DNA of 64,000 bases from a virus (taxonomy: Duplodnaviria; Caudoviricetes): positions 1-64,000 of IMG/VR virus record IMGVR_UViG_3300021399_000115. One strand, 5' to 3'. A program made the translations under genes and the position numbers. The notes under the pieces are model-generated. The model had not been told where the DNA came from. It saw only the letters and a program-made list of their open reading frames with translations, and searched no databases. Position 1 is the first letter of the stretch; each line of letters starts with the position of its first letter. Positions 10,703-22,785 of the stretch are shown in pieces.

Positions 10703-11812
10703 TTATGAAGCCATGCCAATCATTTTTTCTCCATACCATTTATTCCATTTGTCAATAGCATCTTGCTGTAATTCAGTGACAGGATCGTTAAACTTCTGGC
10801 GAGCCTGGACAATTTTATTGTTTCTTACCTCAATAGTTACCAACGATTTATCAGGTAATTCTTTATATCTGAGGAATAAAATATCGCACTCCCCATCAAG
10901 GACGCGCTGTATATATGAGGCTACACAGTTATTTTGCATTACTGCTTCATCCTTAATGTCTTGAGTGGAACGAGGATAATAGAATTTATAATCGCCAAAG
11001 GTTTTCTCCATATCTGGATTAATTCTTTTCTTAAAAGCAATTTCATCAAACTGATGTTTTAATCTATTATAATTTCTTGCAGCAATTTGATGAGTAGTTA
11101 GTAAATGGCGTGGATATTTATCAAATTTGGGGGATATTTTTTTCATCATATATGCATAGTCTATTAATGTTCCTAAAGCGCTAACTATACTATTAAAAGC
11201 CTCATATGTCTTGCAATAATCTAAATATTTCAGTAATCCTTTTGCAGTATATCCATAGTCTTTTATGGCTCTATTATATGAACTTTTATAACCGCCCGAT
11301 TGATAATATGTATCAGTAAATAAGTATCGAATGTCTTGTTTATCCAATGAGACAAAACTCATTGAAAATACAATATTGTAAGCATCCGGTATTTCTTTAT
11401 ATGACTTTACAAGAGTATCACGGAGAGGTATATCATATTCGCGGCATATTTTTATTAACCCTTTAGGGATATGTTTTATATCATATGACAATGCGTTTTC
11501 TGATAGTACATCAACTCCCGCAGAGAAGAACTGCTCAAATCGAGAATATTCCGGGACATGAGACAAAACAGTTCCAATATTGGTAATATAACAACTGCTA
11601 TTATAACGTACCCACTGCAAGAATTTTGCATAGTTTTTATCCTCACAACTATTAAAAACCTCGTCCAAGCTTTTTCCGGATAGCTGTGTTCTTAGATCTT
11701 TAACAACCTTTCCGCTTTTGCCAATAGCAACCTTATTAGCAAAATCATATTTTACGGTTTTCCCATCATCAAGTTCGAACACGAGATACTGTTTCTGCTT
11801 ATATACTTTCAT
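10703..11812 (-). CDS. PcfJ-like domain protein
   Basis: C-terminal PRSTQDIKDEAVMQNNCVASY...ILFLRY...SLVTIEVRNNKIVQAR. Confidence 0.8.
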   Translation of the reverse strand: MKVYKQKQYLVFELDDGKTVKYDFANKVAIGKSGKVVKDLRTQLSGKSLDEVFNSCEDKNYAKFLQWVRYNSSCYITNIGTVLSHVPEYSRFEQFFSAGVDVLSENALSYDIKHIPKGLIKICREYDIPLRDTLVKSYKEIPDAYNIVFSMSFVSLDKQDIRYLFTDTYYQSGGYKSSYNRAIKDYGYTAKGLLKYLDYCKTYEAFNSIVSALGTLIDYAYMMKKISPKFDKYPRHLLTTHQIAARNYNRLKHQFDEIAFKKRINPDMEKTFGDYKFYYPRSTQDIKDEAVMQNNCVASYIQRVLDGECDILFLRYKELPDKSLVTIEVRNNKIVQARQKFNDPVTELQQDAIDKWNKWYGEKMIGMAS

Positions 11813-11826
11813 ATTTGCTCCTATTA

Positions 11827-12858
11827 TTATAAATCTCCTTTTACAACCCTTGAATTTACGTCTACAACAAACTCATTTATTCTTTTATAATTCGGTTTAT
11901 CCGGCAGATCCGTGTTTTCTTTGTCATATTCCAGACGTTTTTCTAGTTCATCTACCATCTCGAAAAATTCCGGTATAGGTTGTTTATTGTCATCCAGATA
12001 TTTGCCATTACGGATATCCATTAGCAAATCATGTTCTTTTTCTCGATATGTAATAACCCGATGATTCTCCAAAATATCAAAACACATGTAGAATAGCCTT
12101 ACCAAATGCATCATATGTTTTCCAAGTTTATTGTGTTCTATGGCATGAGCATTACGCTTACCAATTTTTGAATAATCCTTAACAATGTTGTTCATTTCTG
12201 ACCACATCGCTTTATAATCACGCAATGGATAATGATGTAAGTTGATATCCATGAAAATTTCGGAATCGTAATCCTCTCGTGGAGACTTATCAATATATAG
12301 ATTGATAGAATCTTCTGGATAATAAAAATATTTTTCCGGAAATGTATATCTTGCGTTCATGATACTGTTCAAGATATGTTTCTCTCTCTGTTCTTGATTT
12401 ACAAGACGAACTGCTTTATTATCCAAACGTCTCAACTGGCTGTTAGCATAACCTCCAAATGAATTAACAGCTTTTTTAGATAAAAACATATCCGTATTGT
12501 CAATCAGTTCTCGCCCAATGTCGGAAAGATATAAATAATGTTCCGGTTTTAATCCAAGTATTTCAATAGTATTTGGATTGCAATTACTGAGTAGGCTTAT
12601 CAGTTTATTAAAAGCATAAACAACTGTGTCTGTTTCCTCATTAATAAACTGTTCAAAATTGGCATTTGTCAATAACTCCTCTTTCGAATTGAGAGCGCAG
12701 CCGCGAACATCCAAATCCGAAGTTTCTACGTTAGTCCCATATGACCATGATCCGCCCAAACCGAGGAGAATTATTTTGTTTCCCAGATGTTCATTTGTGC
12801 GTAGAAAATCATATTGTTCTGATGCAATTACATCTTTAAAATTCATAATTATCTCCAA
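11827..12858 (-). CDS. Pol-beta superfamily nucleotidyltransferase (RlaP-like)
   Basis: GGSWSYGTNVETSDLDVRG, NCNPNTIE and KHMMHLVRL motifs. Confidence 0.85.
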   Translation of the reverse strand: MEIIMNFKDVIASEQYDFLRTNEHLGNKIILLGLGGSWSYGTNVETSDLDVRGCALNSKEELLTNANFEQFINEETDTVVYAFNKLISLLSNCNPNTIEILGLKPEHYLYLSDIGRELIDNTDMFLSKKAVNSFGGYANSQLRRLDNKAVRLVNQEQREKHILNSIMNARYTFPEKYFYYPEDSINLYIDKSPREDYDSEIFMDINLHHYPLRDYKAMWSEMNNIVKDYSKIGKRNAHAIEHNKLGKHMMHLVRLFYMCFDILENHRVITYREKEHDLLMDIRNGKYLDDNKQPIPEFFEMVDELEKRLEYDKENTDLPDKPNYKRINEFVVDVNSRVVKGDL

Positions 12859-13300
12859 TCAAATTTTATTTTCATCGGGTGTACATTTTTCCATCACCAT
12901 GAAGCTGCATTCGTCCTGGCCATATAGTCCGCCGAGGCATACAAAAAGTCCAGTGTTTTCAAGGGTTTCAATAAGCTGTTTTGCTGTTTTTCTATCAATT
13001 GTCTGAATATCTGCAATTCTTTCAAATCTATCCATTTTTTCCTCCTTTTCCAATGAAACTCAGATTTCATTGTTGCTCACAGGGCGGAAGCAAATCGTAT
13101 CTTCCGATCCTTTTCATTACCTCAACACTCATTGCTGATACATCTTCGCCACTATAACCACACATATGAACGGCTGTCGCTATTGCATTCCATAGTTCCC
13201 AATCTCTCCGCTCTTTTTCATTCTTCGGAAAGACTGGATGAACCGGAGTTATTTCATTAAAAAAATTCTTCTCAGTTGCCATTTATGATATATCTCCAAT

Positions 13301-13526
13301 ATATAGGTGTGCTATTACGCCAAAAACTCCACAGTGGATTGACTTCGGGGCGATGATAAGCAACAACAATCCACGATCTATAACTTATAATCTGTCTTTC
13401 GACTCAGCCCATGTGATGCTACATCACATTCCGGATAGCTATCACGTTCTATGTGCTTACTCACTTCCGGACTCGTTGCGATTTATTCCTTAGATGATGG
13501 CTGCTTCTAAGCCTACATTCCTATAT
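13301..13526 (-). ncRNA. Putative ncRNA: 23S rRNA H43/H44 (L11-binding) mimic with a ~160-nt structured insert
   Basis: Closing stem ATATAGG/CCTATAT; AGGAATGTAGGCTTAGAAGCAGCCATCATCTAAGGA ... GGCGTAATAGCACACCT matches the GTPase-associated-centre sequence. Confidence 0.75.
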
Positions 13527-14715
13527 GAAATCAATTTCCTATCTTAGCTGCTTCTTCTGCTAATTCCTTTAAAATCATGGCGAGTTCTTTATCGTCCGGT
13601 TCAATTATGTAAAAATTAAAAGGGAATAGTTTTTTTAAACCATACCTATTGTCTTCAAGAGAATAAACAGCCTCAATGACACTAACCATAGATTGTTCCA
13701 TATATTTCCTGGTTAACTCTTTTTCGGTTTCTCCTGAAATTTTAAACCAGTAGTCTTTGTGGGGTTCTGTCATAGTATAAAATTCAAAATCTTCTTTTCG
13801 CATAAATATCTCCTGGAATCAATTTTTGATCACCACGTATATTGTATTGTCATTTTTTTAATTTTGGTACTATAACCAGGTCTATTTAAAATATCTCCCT
13901 TAAGGATGAGGAGACCTTTTTCATCATACCACTCAGTACTCCAGTCATAAGAAATCAAAATCTCTTTTGCTCTATTGTACTTATACTTCCACGCTTTTAA
14001 AGGATCCCTGACAAGTACGTTTTCGTGAGTTACAAAATCAGCATGCCCGACATAAAAAGTCTCTCCGGCATCTTCAAAGTATACTTCAATAATATATTTT
14101 TCCTCAGTCTTATTCATTATTCCTCCTAATCAAATCGGTTTTTATTTCATCATCGGACACATCTGGAATTCCGCTTTTTGGTATCACATAAAAATCATTT
14201 AATAATTCTTCAATATGTGCTTCAGTCCATATCGGCGCCTGAGTATTATCGACACTATTTATATACCAATCTGCCAATGTTCCAAAATCGTATGCGTCAT
14301 TTACTCGTAGAAATTTTTTCTCCATTTTTATCCTCTAACCATTTCTCATTTAAAGATACTTAACCTTAACTTTCCTCATCCTATTTTTCTTTTCACAAAT
14401 TTCAATAGCTTTGTTAAGATTTTCTTTGTCATATCTGAACACGGTTTGACCAAGTTCGTCGCTCATAAACGTCCAACCATTATCCATGCGCCATCCCCAG
14501 ATATTAGTGAACCAAACCGCAACAACCTCGCATTGTCTAATCTTATATTTACCAAATAGTCCTTGATAAATCACATAACAATATCTGTCAAGTCCACCAC
14601 CGGGGAACGGAACAAATGGAGAATCAAACTCTTTATTAAATTCTTTTATTTCAGTACCATCATAATCAACAGCTGCATCTTTGTGCGCGGTAAATAACAT
14701 ATTATTAATTCCTTT

Positions 14716-14855
14716 ACAGACAAGTTTATTTATAATTTGAGCCGTTTTACACTCCGCTTCAGACTCTGATTAGTACACGGAGAAACCAGGCATATTTGTC
14801 CCTTATGTTATTATCCACGTTCGGTTGTGGCAAGTCTTTCCTTACATTTGTCTGT
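14716..14855 (-). ncRNA. Putative structured ncRNA
   Basis: Intergenic; closing stem ACAGACAA/TTGTCTGT; internal hairpins including GTAAG-GAAAGA-CTTGC. Confidence 0.5.
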
Positions 14856-14890
14856 GAGCGGAAAGGAAACCTTTTAATGAAATTGCTCAC

Positions 14891-15072
14891 ATCTGCGGGC
14901 AAAGATTTGCACCTTGCAGTTCATCTTTACAAGTAGCCTCAGACTATCTAAGCATAACCCGTTAATGTGTTTTTATTGACTTTTTTCACCTGTCATCTCA
15001 CCAGCTATGGTCGTTATGCTGACTACTATATGATCGGTGTTTCCGAGCAATACCTATTCTGCCACCGCAGAT
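14891..15072 (-). ncRNA. tRNA-like RNA with acceptor, D and T arms and a long insert in place of the anticodon arm
   Basis: ATCTGCGG TG GCAG AATAGGTA TTGC ... GCAAGG TGCAAAT CTTTGC CCGCAGAT. Confidence 0.7.
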
Positions 15073-18000
15073 GAAATACTTATTTTATCGGTTCTTATCC
15101 TCAAAGAAACTTTTAGTATCAAACCATTTATCTTCAACAATGTTTCCTATAATTTTAATAGTATCTCCCCAGCCCATTGTTGCCACTCTAATAAATTTAC
15201 CGGTCATTTGATTATATTTACTAACACCGACGGTATCCATAATTCGCATTATATATTCTGTCCCTAGTTCACAGCCTTTGAATTCTTTGGCTCCAAGATA
15301 ACCAGTTCCGATTTTAAAGCCCCCATATACGCAGGCCCATCCATTACCTTCAAGAACTATTTCGGCACATAAACATCCATGGTCAGCCATCGAAAGATCT
15401 ACTTTAGTGATTTTGGCATTCTCGATTTTATAGCCGGCTTGTTCAAGTAATTCTTTATTCCATTCTTTCATTTTTTCTCCTATCAACTAATTTTACGTAG
15501 TATTCTCTATCAAAAAAACTGCCATTAGATATTTGTAATTTTATACTATTACCATTAATAATAGCTTCAGCAATTTCGCGCCTTAACCATTCTGGACGTA
15601 TAGAATCAACTACTATTTCATTTTTTATATCAATCATGCCATAACCCTCTACGATAAAACTTAGTTTTCAAGATATCGTCTATTTGTGTTCTCAAGAAAA
15701 ACACAATCAGTATTCCAATCATTAATAAACATGTCGCTCATTAATTTTTCTTCTACATCAATGAAGTATTGAATCTGATGCTCAAAGAAATATATTCCAG
15801 CTTCTTCTGATTCAAATTCTTCTTCGGATTCCCAGTAGAATGCCCTCTGATTGGTGACAAAGAACGAATCTGTATCTGGGCAAAAGGCAATAATCCAAGT
15901 ATCATGTGGTTGCATTGCATCTGGTGGCATCTCTCTATACATATTTTTTCCTCATCAAAAACTTCTTTCAGCTTCACACCAATCACGAAGTGCTATTACT
16001 TGCCTACTTGTTCACTTCTCAAGTCGTGCTTTAAATAGGTTAATTTTCCTCTGCACTTGCTATAATCACATAATCCTTTGTCGGATAATATTTTCTTTCG
16101 TCACCCTTCCAGATGCCGTAAATATTATCATGACAATCTATCCGCTCTATTACCCAGCCATATTCAAGTAAACTGCTTATCTCTCTATTTAGATCTTCGC
16201 ATGTATTTGCCGGTCGGCCATTCCCGATGACACAAAAAGATCTGTATATTCGTTTGGGAGTATTAGACGGTTGAGCAATGTATCCATCTGTTTTTATTTT
16301 TGGCATTGGCAGAATTGTCGGTTTATCTGGTATGTTCATCGGCTTTTCTCCAATCAATCCTCAATTTCATTCGCTGGTGCCACAAGTAATTCTAGCGCCT
16401 TTATTCATGTAAAGAGGTGCTGTTGTTTCATCACTCGTAAGCATCGCCGATGATGGCCACCAGTAACAAGAACTACGTCCGTCTTCCCACACTTCGTTTA
16501 ATAATTTTTCCAACTCATCTTTAGTAAATTCAATTTTGCCATCACTGTTTGTTGTAAATACTTTAACCATATTCCTCATGCCTCCTCAAAATACTCTAGA
16601 AACTCTGGCTTATAATCTTCCAGCAATTGTTCAAAGATATAAGTCAACGGCTGCGCCCAAACAACATCATCAGCTTCATATGGTGCATCGTCCCATAATC
16701 TCCTAATAACAAACTCCGTAAATTTAATCGGATCTTTTACTTTACAAATTGGATTCTCACCATCAAAATTTGTCGGGGCTTCATCAAATAACTTTACCAG
16801 GTCATCAACATCTATTCTTGCTACCAATTGCAGCGGATGATTTTGCTGCGAACCACGACTGTCTTCTCGTTCTATTGTAAATTTACAAATACTGTCCTCG
16901 TTATAACTCATATTTTTTCTCCAATCAAATCTTTTCATTATCTCCCTAATTAAACTATATCCAATTTTTGGCGGACAAGTAATCCAACACGTATGCTTTG
17001 TATCTTGATTTGATAACCATTTAAGATATTCTTTTTGATACTGGAGTAATTCAATCCCTAAATATTCTTCTACAAAAGTTACTATATCCATATCGTTCTT
17101 CTCATAAAATCTAATTTTCGTCTGTTACTAGCGTTGCCCACTCATTAACTCGATGACATAGACAACCATTATTTTTATCCGCATATTCCTGAAGTTTCGG
17201 TAAAATATTACCAACGCACCAAGAACTTTCATTTACATGAAATTCAATCATATCTTTGTCCCAATCCTCTGGAACTTCAATTTCAACATCAATTGGAAAT
17301 CTAATAGTTACATTTTTCCAGTTCATATTTTTCCCTCATCAATGACTTAGTTCATCCCCACCATAAGCCATGTCCATTAGTATATTTTGAAGCTTCTTTC
17401 TCCGACATTACTTGATCTTTATAAAAGTACTTCTCCATATCAGGATGTCCGTCTTCGTTAATAGCCCATTTTAGCCATTGAATAATTTCACGTATTTCAT
17501 TTTTGCTATAAACAACGAATCTGGCATCCTCATCAAAATCATAATCGGCGGTATCTACAGTTGCCCAATTAGTAATACGCTCCGCATGGTCACTATCCCA
17601 ATTAAAATTTGCTTCCAGATCAAGCGTACCATTAAATCCATCACCATGGCTGCCGGTTATAATTTCAAATCCTTCAATATTGTAACCATCAAATGTGGAG
17701 AACACCGTGCCATTTGGCATCTTGGCTAACTCATTACGATTAATTATCCTCATTATGTTTCTCCTCATCAACTACAACTTCGAGTTCAACCGTCTTATAC
17801 TTTGATCCATCTTTCGGAATAAACCCCAAACAAGGTTCTTCATTGCCGCGACAATCATGATAAAAGCAATCACATTCTACACAATATTCAGAAACTTTTG
17901 ATGCAGATTCATTCCCAGCTACCATAAAGCTACCATACACTTCGCACTTATTCATTGCCACGGCGCTTCCATAAATTTTACAGAAGTGCCGATAGCAAGA

Positions 18001-18895
18001 ATTCGCTGCAAATGGATTATCAAATATCATCATTTGTAGTTCGTTGTTTTTATCTATGTAAGTAACCGCCCAAACAGTATGCATTACTCCTCAACCTTTT
18101 CAGTGCAATAGCAAACCCCATCAAAAGTTCCAAACACCTCTTTGGCAAGATCCTGGTAAATCGTAGTGCGAATACCGTTCAGATCAAAGAGTGTGTCATT
18201 ATAATACTGAACAACCTTCGGAGCAAAAACCACGAAGCTGAGTGGTCCCCAGAGAGTTTCTACTGTAGTGATTTCCGATACTGCCGGATTTCCGGAAAAT
18301 GCCTTACAGAACAAATCAATCTTGTCTTCTCCGAGTTTATTAGCCGGAATAACTTTAACCTTTACGGTGATATTTCCAAACTGTTTCTCGGTCGGAAGAA
18401 GTTTGGAAATGGCCTCGGCTTTGTCGTTGCCATTTACTCGCAGCGTAATGGTCTTACTGAGATCATCATAATCGAACTTAATATCTTTATCTTCTTTAAA
18501 CATCGCTTCTATCTGATTTGCAAACTCTGTCCAAGGGGCTACCAGTTTTGCATTCTTTGTCATATTAATATCGTAACTCTTCATATTTGTTTCTCCTTTA
18601 ACATTATATTTGTTATTATAGTCAATGTTGGTTTTCATAGCACTTCTCCTTTAATAATTAATTGTTTATGCTTATTATCTATGATAAGTAACTCGTTTAT
18701 TGTCGCTAAACACCACCGTTATTTTGTCAGGATATCCATCTGGATTTGACTTCAAGCTTCTATACTTAGCCGATTCGATGCTTTCAATCGTTTTGTGAGA
18801 CTTCTCACATTCTTGGGCAATCTTGCTCGATGCATATTGAGTGCCACAAATCTCACATTGATACAAGTTCACTTCTTTCATAATTATCTCCTGCG

Positions 18896-18967
18896 TTTAA
18901 TAATTAATTAGTACTCTATTATAATAGCACACATGCTCGATTATTGCAAGCCATTTAATAATTTATT
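18896..18967 (-). promoter_or_regulatory. Sigma-A promoter flanked by AATTAATTATTAAA-type boxes
   Basis: TTGCAA (18949-18944), 17 bp, TG-extended TATTAT (18926-18921). Confidence 0.75.
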
Positions 18968-21569
18968 TTAAATTATATATCTGCCAACCGAATATAGCAA
19001 GGATCATGATCATAACTCTTACCTTTTTGCCAGCCGTCTGAATTGTATTTTTTTGTATAGTTACCAAAATCAACGGTAATATCTCCACGTTTTTTGCTTA
19101 TACTAATAATTGTTCCTATTCTTTTTGAGCCAAAACCAGAAGCCTGTTCTTCAATAACTTTATCTCCGATATTAAATTTTTGAATGTCCATATCATCCGA
19201 ATCCTCATCTATAAACTTTTCGCAACCTTCTTGATGTAGATCTTTACTGATAAACATCGATCTTAATCGACATGCATAACCATGGTCGCCATTCATATGT
19301 ATGTTCCAGGCTTTTAAATTGGCGCATCGTTGACATTCACTGTGTATATCTTTAAGTATCATGGCATCTCCTCCGGTTCATAAAAATCCAGTCCTAGTTC
19401 CTTAGCTCGCCCAATATACTCTTCCGGACAGTCCGTACTTATTCCCGCGACAGGATGAGTATATCCTTGCTCCAAAAAGTATGTACATCTATCGCAGTAA
19501 TAATGCTGTTCAACTATTCCCCAGCCAAATTCCGAGTAGTATTCATACTCGTTCTCCTTACCGCAGACAGGGCATTTTTTTATCTCTTTAATCATCTTCC
19601 TCATCTATACTCTCAGTCGTAAACTCATCAAACCAATATCTAATATCATCCAACAAACATGAACCGTCGCATTCGGCACCGTCATAATAAACGGTTTCCG
19701 CTAAAATATTTAATACATAATATGAATCCTCTTGCTTTTTAAGTAATTTCCCGGCAGCTTTGAGAAGTGTCTTGACTCTGTTTAATGCTTCTTGTGCGTT
19801 GTCCATAATATATCTCCTATTTATATAGTTATTAACCAGCTAATTATTACTTATATCAAATAATCTTTTTATTAGTACGCCCATTGTAATGCAGTAGGAA
19901 TAAATGACACACCAGAATCAGTTTCACAGTAAAAATCATCGCCCTCATCATTAATATAAAAAATTTTACTGTCTTTAAGAGCCTTAAATATTTCTTCGCA
20001 TTCCCTAATCTCTTCTTCGTCCATGCCATAGAAACGTTCTTCGTATGGATCTCTTACATCCTCATAATTGATGCTTGGCATACCATCGTCTGGAGCATAG
20101 ATTATAACCTCTTTGTCTGGGTGCATTTTTACAAATGCAATCAGCTCTTCTAATGTATTAATTTCTGCTTCTAATCCTTCTTCCCAAAACGAAAAATCTT
20201 CGGCTTTTATTGGAACGCTTTCAACTCTCTTCCCCATTTTATTTCTAATTTCTTCGGCAAGTTTTTCGTCATAGTCTTTTATACCATCAAGATATATTTC
20301 AAATCTCATTTTATTTACCCCTATCAAAAACTCTTTCTATCAACTGTCCAGCTGTTCCGCTTCATTGTTTAATATTTCCAAAATCTTTTCTGCTTGGTCT
20401 GCGGTCAGATTCTTCTTTTTTTCAAAGGCATCCCGGCATTTTCTAACTAAATTAACCTGACGGATTCGTTCTTCAATTTCTGGTGTTAATAACTGAATAT
20501 GTGATCTACTCCATATATCTCCACCTCTTTGCCATCCATCACATCTATACGTTTCTTTATAATTTCCATAATCAACAACATAATCGCCACGCTTTTCAGT
20601 AATGTTAACTACGATGCCAATTGATGTCGGGAGCGAGTTCCCATAATTTCTGATTACCCTATCTCCGATTTTTAAATTTAGATTATTGTTCATTTCATAA
20701 CTCCATCAAAAACTCATTTTAATGCTATTGCATCTATTATTTGTTTCTCATCACAGCCTTCTGTTTTAAGATATTCAACGTAAGCTTTTAAATCATATAT
20801 ATACTTTGTTAATTTATCTTTCCAATACTGTTCAGAATAATTGTCTGCATTGACTGTTCTAACAACAACTAGTTCTTCCTCAGTATCAATGTAATTACTA
20901 TAAAAATTATCATTATAATCTGATTCGCAATCTTTCCATGATCTTGCAATTAGTTTTTCTTCTTTATTTGGATACCATTTAAGACTAATTCTGACTTTGT
21001 ATAACTTATTTATAACATCATCATCAGAAGTATCATATTCTTCAACATTGTTACTATTTGGAAGCCACTTTTTGTACTCTTCAGCCTTATCTTTATTTAG
21101 AAAAATCTTTCGTATCATATAATCCGAATATACGCCAGAAGTAACTACATATACTTTCATATACCCCTCCATTAAAACTCATTTATAACCATTAACATTT
21201 CATGACGTCATTCAATCTGATTACTTGTTCTATTGAATTAATAGCAATCTTAATCATCTCTGGGTTAATCGTTCCAACAAACAGATGATTATCTTTATCT
21301 ATGTCATTATATAAATTCTTAAATCCTTCGAGAGCTTTTTCTTCCGTCATTATTACTTCCTCCAACAAATAATCGTCCTATACAAAGTAGATTAACATCT
21401 CTCAATTATATCTTGTCCGCGACATACTTCTTTCCAATAATCAATATACTCAATACTTTCTTCAAGATCGTGTGAATATTCACTGAAGATTGATTTTAAC
21501 AAATTTCTTACATCATCATTTGGGATTTTAATGTTATCATATCCAAGATTTATAGCCCCAATTATCTCA

Positions 21570-22766
21570 TCACATATCTTTTTCTCTTCCTTCAGTTTCA
21601 TATGCTATTCTCCTTTGAATATCATTTCTTGTTTTGCCATCTGAAATATAAGTGTTGTGGTTGTCCATGATACTATTCAGACAACATGTACCGTCGCTTT
21701 CATTATAATGGGTGAAAAAGAAGCTCATTTTCCAATCACGGTTCCCATAGGTAGTAAAATCCTTCAGCACTCTGGATTCTAAATCGTTCCAATCCAAAAT
21801 ACCATAGCGCAAACTACCTTGCCATTCGTTCCAGATATTTGTTTTATCGGTAGCAATATAATGACTAATTTTTCCAGGCTCACATTCTGTATCAAATCTG
21901 CCGACGCCATGTCTGGTAAGATAAGTACGACTTACATATACTACTTCTACATCTATATCATCAGGCAAATTATCGCGTATCATTTGTGCCGGATTTTGTA
22001 ACCCAGTATTACTCGGAGTGGTGTTTTTACCGTACCCCTCTACATTCTGATCCAGTAGCAATCCCTGACCGTTTTCAAAGATGATATAATCATAAACTCG
22101 CAAGATAGAATCATCAGTAAATATTGAGTTATTAATCAGTAAATCAAAATCGTAAATATAATTTGGTATAAGATTAGGAGAGTAAATAATGCTATCCCAT
22201 TTCGTATGATTGCCGATACCCTTTGAGTTAATTCTACGGCGGAAATAATCATCGCGCACGAACTCAAGATACTGAGTTTTTTCTTCCGGCGATTTTGCCG
22301 CAAACTCCCCGACCGTAATACCATTTCGTAAAATTGTTTCCCAGATTCCGCAACCACAACTTCCATGGCGATTTGGGCCGCGAGATTCCTCGATCATCAT
22401 ATTTGCTATCATGTCAAACGGGGTAGTTAATGGACAATCTTCGTTAATCAATATCGGATAAAATCTTATCCCAATGGTTAACAACTCTCTATATTCCTTT
22501 GCGAAATTCATAGGATTAACAATAAAATATGACGGCAAATATGTCTTTGCCCCAACAAATGTTCCAGAACCAAGGTGATGAAATACGTGAGATGTTTCGC
22601 TACCTGGCAGTGTAACAGTATGACCACGCTGACTTCCGCCGTTAGTTAACACGTTGAGACAACTTCTGTGTAATCGATAAGACTCGGCTGCAAAATAATC
22701 CGTAACCAATCCTTTTCCCTCATCCCCCGCTGACGCTCCTATAACAACTTTAACCTTCGTGGTCAT
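21570..22766 (-). CDS. Adenylosuccinate synthetase-like (PurA-family) protein, divergent
   Basis: GDEGKG, NGGSQRGHTV, HGSCGCG, IFENGQGLLLD, TPSNTG, YLTRHG, TN..NEWQGSLRYG. Confidence 0.85.
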   Translation of the reverse strand: MTTKVKVVIGASAGDEGKGLVTDYFAAESYRLHRSCLNVLTNGGSQRGHTVTLPGSETSHVFHHLGSGTFVGAKTYLPSYFIVNPMNFAKEYRELLTIGIRFYPILINEDCPLTTPFDMIANMMIEESRGPNRHGSCGCGIWETILRNGITVGEFAAKSPEEKTQYLEFVRDDYFRRRINSKGIGNHTKWDSIIYSPNLIPNYIYDFDLLINNSIFTDDSILRVYDYIIFENGQGLLLDQNVEGYGKNTTPSNTGLQNPAQMIRDNLPDDIDVEVVYVSRTYLTRHGVGRFDTECEPGKISHYIATDKTNIWNEWQGSLRYGILDWNDLESRVLKDFTTYGNRDWKMSFFFTHYNESDGTCCLNSIMDNHNTYISDGKTRNDIQRRIAYETEGREKDM

Positions 22767-22785
22767 ACTGATTTATCCTTTCTGT

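Noticed and set aside
13301-13526. A true 23S rRNA gene or host contamination
   Set aside because: Similarity is limited to about 55 nt split by an insert, closed by a non-rRNA stem and embedded among phage genes.
21570-22766. PurZ / Z-genome (2-aminoadenine) pathway
   Set aside because: The motif is GDEGKG (Asp, PurA-type), not the Ser-containing PurZ motif, and no adjacent DatZ/MazZ-like genes were seen.
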